IMG/VR virus record: IMGVR_UViG_3300010965_000005 | Location: 1 to 64,000 of that record | DNA length: 64,000 nucleotides | DNA from: a virus | Lineage: Duplodnaviria; Caudoviricetes | Direction: 5' to 3' (one strand) | Part shown: piece after piece, positions 56,388 to 64,000 of the stretch | Layout: each line of letters starts with the position of its first letter | Numbering within the stretch: the first letter of the stretch is position 1 | The notes under the pieces: model-generated | What the model was told of the DNA's origin: nothing | The model's database searches: none | What the model saw: only the letters and a program-made list of their open reading frames with translations | Position numbers and translations under genes: made by a program

Positions 56388-59300
56388 ATGGACAGAGACA
56401 AGGCAATCCGCGCGGCGAAGCTGACACTCGGTGGTATGCTTGAAAAGAACCGCCACACCACGGCGGTATCCCGCGCCGACGGCCAGATCGCCCCGTCCAA
56501 ATACCTGCCCAACGTTCCCCGCGCCGTCCATGGTGATGGGGGTAAGGTGGAAGATGCCATCAACGCCCTGCCGCATGTTGGACAGAACCGCAACGGTGTT
56601 CCGCCTGAAGAAGCTGTGGCTTCGCCGCTGCCCCGCATGGAATATCCGTACATGTCCATGACCCCAGCAAAATCGGTCTACGCCGACCCGTTGCGAGTGG
56701 CGATCAACAAGGCACACGCAGGGGCTAAGGTCGAAGACGTGCCGATGGACAAGATCGTCACAGATGTTGGCGCAATCGGGAAATCGAAGATCAGGAACCC
56801 CGCAGAAGGCGTTCCGTTCGTGGAGCGCATCAACGGCATTCACCACTTGCGAGACGGAAACCACCGTGCAGCCGCAGCATTTCTACGTGGCGACAAGTCC
56901 ATCAAGGCGCTGCTCGCAGATATGGATGAAGCTATCAAGGCAAACGGTCGTTCCGCAACTGAACGCGCTGATGGCGGTGAGGTTGACGGCATCACCGCCT
57001 ACCACGCTTCCCCAGAAAACATTGTCGGTCAGTTTCGTCCCAGCGCCCGCGATGTTGGCATTCACTTTGCAGCAAACCCAGCCTTGGCACACAACGCAGC
57101 CGTCAAATCTCTGATGGGTCGCCCAGACATGGCGGAAAGGGTTTCGCCAAAGGCGTTCAAGATCAATGCGCGCCCAGAGCAGATCGTTGACATCCCTGCC
57201 GCATCAAACAGATTTGATTTCTATGAAATTCTTGAGCATCTTCACGGGGCTGGCAAGATTGATTCTGATACGTTCAACAAGACCTATGACGGCCTTCAGG
57301 ACATTGAAGATAGGATCAGCCACCCTGACGAGACGATGAAGGCCCAGAACGTTCTCTTTTCCAATGCTCTGTCCAAGTCAAACATCAAAGCCCTGCGCTA
57401 CATGAACAAGTTTGACGCTGGCCCGACATGGAAAGACATGGAAGAGGGGCGGATGACCAGTTCCGTCACTCCAGATCACTCTTACATTGTCACAGACCCA
57501 TCCGCCATTCAGCAACAAGCAATCACCAAGGCAGATGGTGGCGCAGCAAATGCACCCATGTTTCAGGGTGTCCACGAGAGCCTGCAAAACGAAAGCGGCG
57601 CACCGCTTGACCTGTATCATGGGACAACGCAGTCCAAAGAGTTTGAAGCGTTTGACAACGCCAAACTTGGCGCGCGGGATGCTGGCTTCTATGGCCGAGG
57701 TCATTACCTGACGCCACTCAGGGGCAACGCTGAAGGTTACGCTGACCCAGACGAAATGGGGAGGGGCGCTGTTATCGGCCCGCTCCACGCTGCCTTGAAA
57801 AACCCCTACGTTTGGGACGTTTCGAGTGAAACCAAATCGCACAGCACCCTGCGTGATTTGCAGTCTATGGGAATCATGCGTGAGAAAAACGAATTGAACC
57901 CGTGGGACAATCTCCAGTCACACCATATCCAGCCGTTTATGGCTGAAATGCAAAGACGCGGCCACGATGGCGTTGTCGTCAAGACTGACCACGGGCATCT
58001 CCCCAATGGCATCTCTGAGGTCGTGGCATTTGATCCCAAGACCATCAAGCACACCGAGGCCGAGGCGTTTGACCCCACAGACCCCCGCATCCGCCGCGAG
58101 GATGGTGGCGAAGTCGACGAGGACGGCATCACAGCCTACCACGGCAGCCCACACAGCTTTGACAAGTTTGATATGAGTAAGGTCGGCACTGGCGTTGGTG
58201 CGCCGTCTGCTTTCAGCGAAGGGCTATATTTTTCAGAAAATGAGAAGAATGCAGAACATTTCAAGGCGTTAGGTGCGAGTCCCATTATTGGAGGTAAAAA
58301 GGGGCGATCCGCTGGCTTGTCGGATGATGCTTATGAATCTGTATGGAAATTTGCACACGATCAAGGCAAAAGCGGAACACTTGCTGACGTTGCTAGTGAT
58401 GCAGAATCTGATCTTCTTGCCCGCTCCAAGGAACTTCCGTTTTCCGCAAGGCGCGATTACCAGAACGTCATTGACGAACTAAGGTCGCGTGGCAGTGAAG
58501 ATGTAAAACTTGGCGCGAATATGTATAAGGTGAAAATAAATGCTCATCCGTCAACTTTTGCCGATTGGGATACCCCTATTTCGCAACAAAGCGAAATTGT
58601 AAAAAATGCTTTTTTGGATTTCCCTCAACATAATACCTTTAGGGAGTTGTATGATAGCGGAAAAATCCGCGAAAAAGACCTTCTTAATAGAGGAGTTTCT
58701 GGCGCTAGATTTAAGGCCAACGACGGAACCAATAATTACGTTGTCTACGATGATAAGTTGGTCAGCATCTTAAACAAATACGAATACGGCGGCACCGTCA
58801 CCAGAGCCACGGGTGGGCCAGTCATGGGCTACGTTCCGGCTGCGCCGATCCAGATCAGGCAGTTGGCGGTGGCCCCGATTGTCCCCCGCCAGCAGCAGCG
58901 GCCTGCGGGGGGTTTCAGCCAATCCCTCGGCTCCCTGATGGACACGGTCAACGAGTTAAAGAACAAGCCCGAAGAACCCACGCCAAGCGCGTCCAGCGAG
59001 GGCCACACGCCGTCTGGCATGATTCCCCTACCTGAGCAGGGGTATCAGCCAAGTGGCATGTATGCCCCATTCCAGAGCGCCATTGACAGGATGATTGCGG
59101 AGGCCCCAGGCAAAATATCCGTGGCGTCTGGCTATCGGACACCAGAGCGGCAGCAAGAACTTTGGGAGGCCGCAGCAGCAAAGTATCCAGACCCTGAAGT
59201 AAGGGACAATTGGGTCGCCCGCCCTGGGACTTCATCCCACAATTACGGTTTGGCTGCTGACTTGTCCTACGCCGACGACGAGGCCCTGAAGTGGGCGCAG

Positions 59301-59507
59301 GAAAATGCCGCAAGATACGGCCTAAATTTCCGCATGGACAACGAGGATTGGCACATCGAGCCAGCAAACGTCTTTGACATACGGAGCGCCATGACGATCC
59401 CAGGGTATGCCACGGGCGGATCGGTCAGCAAAGCCCTCGCCCTCACGCGCGGATTTACGAAAGATGGGAAGTCTGCTATAGGTTCCCTCAAGCCCAAGGG
59501 GAAATGA
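56388..59507 (+). CDS. polyvalent ParB/ART x3/M15 protein (mirror copy)
   Basis: Identical translation. Confidence 0.8.
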   Translation: MDRDKAIRAAKLTLGGMLEKNRHTTAVSRADGQIAPSKYLPNVPRAVHGDGGKVEDAINALPHVGQNRNGVPPEEAVASPLPRMEYPYMSMTPAKSVYADPLRVAINKAHAGAKVEDVPMDKIVTDVGAIGKSKIRNPAEGVPFVERINGIHHLRDGNHRAAAAFLRGDKSIKALLADMDEAIKANGRSATERADGGEVDGITAYHASPENIVGQFRPSARDVGIHFAANPALAHNAAVKSLMGRPDMAERVSPKAFKINARPEQIVDIPAASNRFDFYEILEHLHGAGKIDSDTFNKTYDGLQDIEDRISHPDETMKAQNVLFSNALSKSNIKALRYMNKFDAGPTWKDMEEGRMTSSVTPDHSYIVTDPSAIQQQAITKADGGAANAPMFQGVHESLQNESGAPLDLYHGTTQSKEFEAFDNAKLGARDAGFYGRGHYLTPLRGNAEGYADPDEMGRGAVIGPLHAALKNPYVWDVSSETKSHSTLRDLQSMGIMREKNELNPWDNLQSHHIQPFMAEMQRRGHDGVVVKTDHGHLPNGISEVVAFDPKTIKHTEAEAFDPTDPRIRREDGGEVDEDGITAYHGSPHSFDKFDMSKVGTGVGAPSAFSEGLYFSENEKNAEHFKALGASPIIGGKKGRSAGLSDDAYESVWKFAHDQGKSGTLADVASDAESDLLARSKELPFSARRDYQNVIDELRSRGSEDVKLGANMYKVKINAHPSTFADWDTPISQQSEIVKNAFLDFPQHNTFRELYDSGKIREKDLLNRGVSGARFKANDGTNNYVVYDDKLVSILNKYEYGGTVTRATGGPVMGYVPAAPIQIRQLAVAPIVPRQQQRPAGGFSQSLGSLMDTVNELKNKPEEPTPSASSEGHTPSGMIPLPEQGYQPSGMYAPFQSAIDRMIAEAPGKISVASGYRTPERQQELWEAAAAKYPDPEVRDNWVARPGTSSHNYGLAADLSYADDEALKWAQENAARYGLNFRMDNEDWHIEPANVFDIRSAMTIPGYATGGSVSKALALTRGFTKDGKSAIGSLKPKGK

Positions 59508-59508
59508 C

Positions 59509-60786
59509 ATGGATGACATCGTAAACAAGGCTTTGAGCCTGACATCACCAATGCCGAAAGCGCCTACGCCGCGTTTCAGTATTTCCCCACAAGGAACTCA
59601 AGCGCCGACAAAGGGAAAGGTTGGTGTTTTTCAAACGCACGATCAGACACCCACGATGAGAAGCTTAAAAGACGCTTTTGATTCGGCAATTGCAAACCAT
59701 GTTTCTCTAAATCGAGAAGAGCGCATTCAGAATGCAATGGCCGCAGACCGCAGGCTTGCGCAGCACGTCCCAAGCAGTTCTGGAAAAGGCGCTGCGCCAA
59801 TGTTTACGAAGAACGCCAAGCTTATGAAGTCCGAAACAGGATATGGCGACGAGGAACCAGTAAAGCTGCCAGACGGTCGTGGCGTTGAGACAACTGGATT
59901 GGCGCTCGCTCCAGCATATCAGGAAGGAAAATTCTCAACCTGCCCCAACAGCGCGTCATGCAAGGACGAGTGCCTTGGAAAGACCAGCGGCAATTATTTC
60001 AAAGTTGGCGGCGGTCGAGATTTGACGGCATTCAAAGGGCCTCGCCTGAACAGCCTAAAGAAAACAAACGCAATGATGCGTGAACCAGAAGCTTTTGCTG
60101 TTCGATTGTATGACGAGATTGACCGAGCAAAGGAAGAAGCAGCGCGCAATGGAAACCACCTTGGGGTACGCCTTAACACCCTTTCTGACATCAACCCATT
60201 GGTCCACAAGTCTTTGATAGAAGCGCATCCTGATGTCAGTTTTTACGATTACACAAAGAACAACTCAAACCCTGTTGCTGCAAACCATCACTACACATAT
60301 TCCTCAACTGGTGTTTCCGATCCAGAAATTGCCGTGTCCAATGAACACACGAACTGGAAGCAGATGCGCCGTCGCCTTGATGGCGGCGACAACGTGGCAA
60401 TGGCATTCTCCCACAAAGAACATTTGCCAGAGGTTGTCGTTGATGAAGAGACTGGAAAGAAATACAAGGTTGTCAACGGCGACAAGCACGATTTCCGACC
60501 CCTCGATATTCAGCCCGAAGGCACCGACGGCGTCATCGTTGGTTTGAAAAACAAGAAGGCAACTGGAACGGTTGAAGGAGCCACCAAAGAAAGCAAAGGC
60601 TTCTTTGTTCGCTACAATCCAAAAGCCTTGAAGAACCCAGATGGTACATATCAAAGAGGCCCAAGCCAAGGACTGGACAAGAATGGTAATCCTTTGAAAG
60701 GCCCAACAATTCCAACCAACTTTGAAGTTCGGATTGCACCGCAGGGAAAGCAGCTTTCCTTAAAAGACAATGAAGGGAAATCGTAA
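59509..60786 (+). CDS. GP88-family protein (mirror copy)
   Basis: Identical translation. Confidence 0.75.
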   Translation: MDDIVNKALSLTSPMPKAPTPRFSISPQGTQAPTKGKVGVFQTHDQTPTMRSLKDAFDSAIANHVSLNREERIQNAMAADRRLAQHVPSSSGKGAAPMFTKNAKLMKSETGYGDEEPVKLPDGRGVETTGLALAPAYQEGKFSTCPNSASCKDECLGKTSGNYFKVGGGRDLTAFKGPRLNSLKKTNAMMREPEAFAVRLYDEIDRAKEEAARNGNHLGVRLNTLSDINPLVHKSLIEAHPDVSFYDYTKNNSNPVAANHHYTYSSTGVSDPEIAVSNEHTNWKQMRRRLDGGDNVAMAFSHKEHLPEVVVDEETGKKYKVVNGDKHDFRPLDIQPEGTDGVIVGLKNKKATGTVEGATKESKGFFVRYNPKALKNPDGTYQRGPSQGLDKNGNPLKGPTIPTNFEVRIAPQGKQLSLKDNEGKS

Positions 60787-60995
60787 TGGACAAAAAACTT
60801 GATGTGGATTCGTTCTACGCGCAGTTTCACAATCACGAAAAGCACCTGACAGATCAGGAACATGACTATGTCCCTTCAGATGTTGCTTACCAGACTAAGA
60901 CCCCGTCTCGCCATCCACATCCTGATTACAGGAGCAAGAAAAAACATAAGCACCATGCTGTTGACAAGGCTCTACGGCTGACGGTGGGGATGTGA
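60786..60995 (+). CDS. His-rich hypothetical protein (mirror copy)
   Basis: Identical translation. Confidence 0.55.
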   Translation: MDKKLDVDSFYAQFHNHEKHLTDQEHDYVPSDVAYQTKTPSRHPHPDYRSKKKHKHHAVDKALRLTVGM

Positions 60996-61078
60996 ACATT
61001 GATCGTGCATTGTCCCTGACTTCGGTATACAATGCAAAGCACAAACGGGACGCCGTGTAACCTCAGAGGATTGTAAAA

Positions 61079-62449
61079 ATGGACGCCAAAAGCCTACGCG
61101 AGGCGATGAAGGAGAAGGCCAAGCGCCTCTCTGGAGCCACTTCCGAAAAAGTTGATGCTTCGACTTGGACCCCATCCGAGCCATTGAACGCAGACGTAAA
61201 GACGGGCGCTCGCCCAGTCTCCCGCCGCGCATTCAAAGTCGGCGGCAAGGTCGATGGCGCTGAATCCATGAGCCACGCAGGCCGCAAGCCCCGCCAGTCG
61301 GGTGGCAAGGCCTACGCTGATGCTCTGGTCAACCGCAACGTCAAGGACGCCAACGAGGAACGCGAAGGCATCAAGCACGTCGGCGGGTTCGCCAAGGGCG
61401 GTCGCCTGAAGCGCGCAAATGGTGGCACCGACGAGGAAGTTGTATTGAATCAATACGGCCAGCCGATCACAGCCGAAATGATGAAGGGCTTTGCTGATCT
61501 CACCGAGCAGCCAGATAATTACCGCTCGCAAATGGCCCCACGGACCTCCCCACGGCCCAAGACTCGCCCGGACATGGAAGACAAGACGATGTCTGGCGTA
61601 TACAAGCGCGGCGGCAAGGCTGAAAAGTTTGAAGGTTCGGCCAAGGACCAGATGCAGGACAAGAAGCTGGCTGCCAAGCGCAAGATGACGATGGCCGAGT
61701 GGGAAGCATCCGAGGCTGACGACAAGCACGACAAGCAGGAATCCATGAAGGGCCTGAAAGACGGGGGTCGCACCGCAAAGATGGGCGGCGGCGGCATGGG
61801 TATGCAAGCCCCAATGATGCAAATGGCACCAATGGCGCGTGGTTACAAAAAAGGCGGCAAGGCCGAGGAAGCCCACGAAGAAGGCTGTGACTGCAAAGCT
61901 TGCGGCGGCTCGGCCATGAAGCGTGGCGGCGGTCTGTATGCCAACATCAACGCCAAGCGCAAGCGCGGTGAAAAAATGCGTGAGGCTGGCGAGAAGGGTG
62001 CGCCAACCGCCAAGGCATTTGAGGACGCGGCCCGCACGTCACGCGCCACGGGTGGCAAGGTCGGCAAAAGCAACATCAGCATCAACATCTTCCCGCACAA
62101 CGCCGAGAAGCCTGGCGCTATGCCCCCAGCGGGCGGTATGCCACCCATGCCCCCGATGGGCGGCGGCGCTATGCCACCCCCAATGATGCGCCCACCGATG
62201 CCTGCACCATCTCCCATGCCCTCTGCGCCTCCACCCGCTCACATGTCCCTTCCCCCAGGCTTGCAGCAGGCTCTGGCTGGCGCTGCTGGCGCTGGACCCA
62301 TGCCACCCGCAGGTGGCCCGCCCATGATGGGCCGCAAGGCTGGTGGCCGCGTGGCATACCCAATCACTGGCGGCGCTGGCGGTGGCAAGGCTCGCCTCGA
62401 AAAGGTTGATGCCTACGGTGAGACGATGAACAAAGACCTCAAGAAATAA
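61079..62449 (+). CDS. xxxGG-repeat low-complexity protein (mirror copy)
   Basis: Identical translation. Confidence 0.75.
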   Translation: MDAKSLREAMKEKAKRLSGATSEKVDASTWTPSEPLNADVKTGARPVSRRAFKVGGKVDGAESMSHAGRKPRQSGGKAYADALVNRNVKDANEEREGIKHVGGFAKGGRLKRANGGTDEEVVLNQYGQPITAEMMKGFADLTEQPDNYRSQMAPRTSPRPKTRPDMEDKTMSGVYKRGGKAEKFEGSAKDQMQDKKLAAKRKMTMAEWEASEADDKHDKQESMKGLKDGGRTAKMGGGGMGMQAPMMQMAPMARGYKKGGKAEEAHEEGCDCKACGGSAMKRGGGLYANINAKRKRGEKMREAGEKGAPTAKAFEDAARTSRATGGKVGKSNISINIFPHNAEKPGAMPPAGGMPPMPPMGGGAMPPPMMRPPMPAPSPMPSAPPPAHMSLPPGLQQALAGAAGAGPMPPAGGPPMMGRKAGGRVAYPITGGAGGGKARLEKVDAYGETMNKDLKK

Positions 62450-62521
62450 GCCGACCCCTCCCTTCGGCTTACGGGGGCCAGACAAAAACTGGCCCCCACC
62501 CCATGAAAATTAGGATTATCC

Positions 62522-62728
62522 ATGATCACGACCGTCAGCACCGCCTTTGAGCGGGAACTCCTCAAACTTATCATCGAGCGCTGCGCCGAGATCATCGGCA
62601 ACATGGCTGGCGGACTTGCCATAAAGACCATTGAAGAATATCGTGAATCCGTCGGAAAAATTTCCGCGTTCAATGAGGTGATCTCGCTTTGCGACGAGGT
62701 TTCCACAAACATTAACAAGACCATGTAA
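62522..62728 (+). CDS. hypothetical protein (mirror copy)
   Basis: Identical translation. Confidence 0.6.
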   Translation: MITTVSTAFERELLKLIIERCAEIIGNMAGGLAIKTIEEYRESVGKISAFNEVISLCDEVSTNINKTM

Positions 62729-62737
62729 GGATTACCA

Positions 62738-63127
62738 ATGCCCCATATGCCCATGAGCCACGAAAAAGACCCCAAGGAAGCCCTGCTTGAACAAATTGGG
62801 GACATTTCGGAAATCGAATTGTTCCACAATCAAGTCCTTCTTGCTGTCTATTTACGGCCAGAAAAGACCAAATCTGGCTTAATCCTGACCGCTGACCACC
62901 TTGATGAAGACCGCTACCAGTCCAAAGTCGGGCTTCTGATCAAGCGTGGCCCGCTGGCCTTTGAGCAGGACGGCAACTGGTTCACGGGGATGACGTTCCA
63001 AGACCACGAATGGCTGATCTTCCGCCCGTCTGACGGCTGGTCAATTACCGTAAATGGCGTCTTGTGCCGAATCTTTGACGACATCAGCATCAAAGGCCGC
63101 GCCCCACACCCTGATTCCGTTTATTGA
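62738..63127 (+). CDS. groES: GroES-like co-chaperonin (mirror copy)
   Basis: Identical translation. Confidence 0.75.
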   Translation: MPHMPMSHEKDPKEALLEQIGDISEIELFHNQVLLAVYLRPEKTKSGLILTADHLDEDRYQSKVGLLIKRGPLAFEQDGNWFTGMTFQDHEWLIFRPSDGWSITVNGVLCRIFDDISIKGRAPHPDSVY

Positions 63128-63954
63128 AGGTGAACGACATGGATGAAGAAATCGAAATTATCGTTGATGATGAAATTGCCGAGGCCGAGGAAATCCAAGT
63201 CCCCGACATTCAAGAGTCAATCTCTGAACTGAAGCGCCAGATTGACGTTGAGCGTCAGGCTCGCATTGCCGCCGAAAAGCGGGCGCACCACGCCAGCAGC
63301 GAAAAGGACGACACCGAAATCCAGTTGGTGTCCAGCGCCATTGACAGTGTCACGCGGGACGCCGAGATTCTAAAGAGCAATTACCAGATTGCCATGCAGA
63401 ATCAGGACTTCGCTGGCGCGGCTGAAATTCAGCAGTTGATGGGCGAGAAGTCGGCGCAATTGCTCCAGCTTCGCAACGGCCTTGAGGCGATGAACTCCAA
63501 GCCGAAGACTCCCGAACCGCAGTATACGCCCGCCGACCCCGTGGAGGCCTTCGCGGCGCGGCTGACGCCGATCTCGGCCAATTGGGTCCGCAATAACCCC
63601 CAGTTCGTCACCGACCCCCGCCTGAACCGCAAGATGATCAGAGCGCACGAAGACGCGGTTGATGATGGTATCGCCCCAGACACGCCCGCATACTTCGCGG
63701 CTATTGAGAGCAAGCTGGGAGTGTCTAAGGCCGCCCCCAGCAATGACACTGGCGATCAGTTCGCATCCAAGGTCACCCAGCGCCGTGACGCCGCCCCAGC
63801 GGCTGCCCCAGTGAGTCGTGGCACGGGTTCCAACAGCAAGAACACGGTCAGGCTGACGGCGGCAGAGCGCGAGGCGGCAGCCGACATGGGGATGACCCCA
63901 GAGGCTTACGCCAAAAACAAAATTGACTTGATCAAGGAAGGTAAAATGAAATGA
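63124..63954 (+). CDS. scaffolding protein (mirror copy)
   Basis: Identical translation. Confidence 0.7.
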   Translation: MKVNDMDEEIEIIVDDEIAEAEEIQVPDIQESISELKRQIDVERQARIAAEKRAHHASSEKDDTEIQLVSSAIDSVTRDAEILKSNYQIAMQNQDFAGAAEIQQLMGEKSAQLLQLRNGLEAMNSKPKTPEPQYTPADPVEAFAARLTPISANWVRNNPQFVTDPRLNRKMIRAHEDAVDDGIAPDTPAYFAAIESKLGVSKAAPSNDTGDQFASKVTQRRDAAPAAAPVSRGTGSNSKNTVRLTAAEREAAADMGMTPEAYAKNKIDLIKEGKMK

Positions 63955-64000
63955 TGGAAAATGATGACTTTAAGCCAATTGAGAAGAAGCTTCGCCCAAG
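63951..64000 (+). CDS. 5' fragment of the head-module protein (mirror of 26096-26632), cut by window end
   Basis: MMENDDFKPIEKKLRP... Confidence 0.7.
   Translation, partial: MMENDDFKPIEKKLRP

Overview
The window is tailed-phage DNA with a podovirus-like, P22/Sf6-type gene order. No tape measure, tail tube, integrase or protelomerase is recognisable. An alphaproteobacterial host is plausible but only inferred. Bases 1-2595 carry the end of a + strand replication cluster: a 5'-truncated SF2 helicase, a VRR-NUC nuclease and small ORFs. Bases 45064 down to 2582 form one long - strand block: HTH regulator, terS, terL, small accessory genes (dCTP deaminase, Endo VII, RyR-domain, Lar), portal, putative internal virion proteins, GroES-like, scaffold, capsid, tail, fibres, lysis, ejection proteins and two paralogous fibres. 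Everything from 45292 to 64000 is the reverse complement of 26583-45291 (mirror rule x+y=90583), folded on a central (TA)41 tract. Only about 45.3 kb is therefore unique, and the palindrome is either an assembly/fold-back artefact or a hairpin telomere. The most novel-looking signal is a recurrent [R/K/F/Y/H]-x-x-G-G-x-[V/A] motif confined to putative packaged/ejected proteins. In a 1039-aa protein it sits at the boundaries between ParB-like, three ADP-ribosyltransferase-like and M15-peptidase modules, suggesting a diglycine-directed polyprotein processing or capsid-loading system. Other highlights: an ejection protein with two S74 autocleavage domains plus a lytic transglycosylase; an Endo VII cassette that duplicates and synonymously recodes the dcd 3' end; an in-frame TGA at a Trp position in one fibre paralog; two hidden frameshifted ORFs; and an H-type pseudoknot after the capsid gene. 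All family assignments are by motif recognition, not database search.
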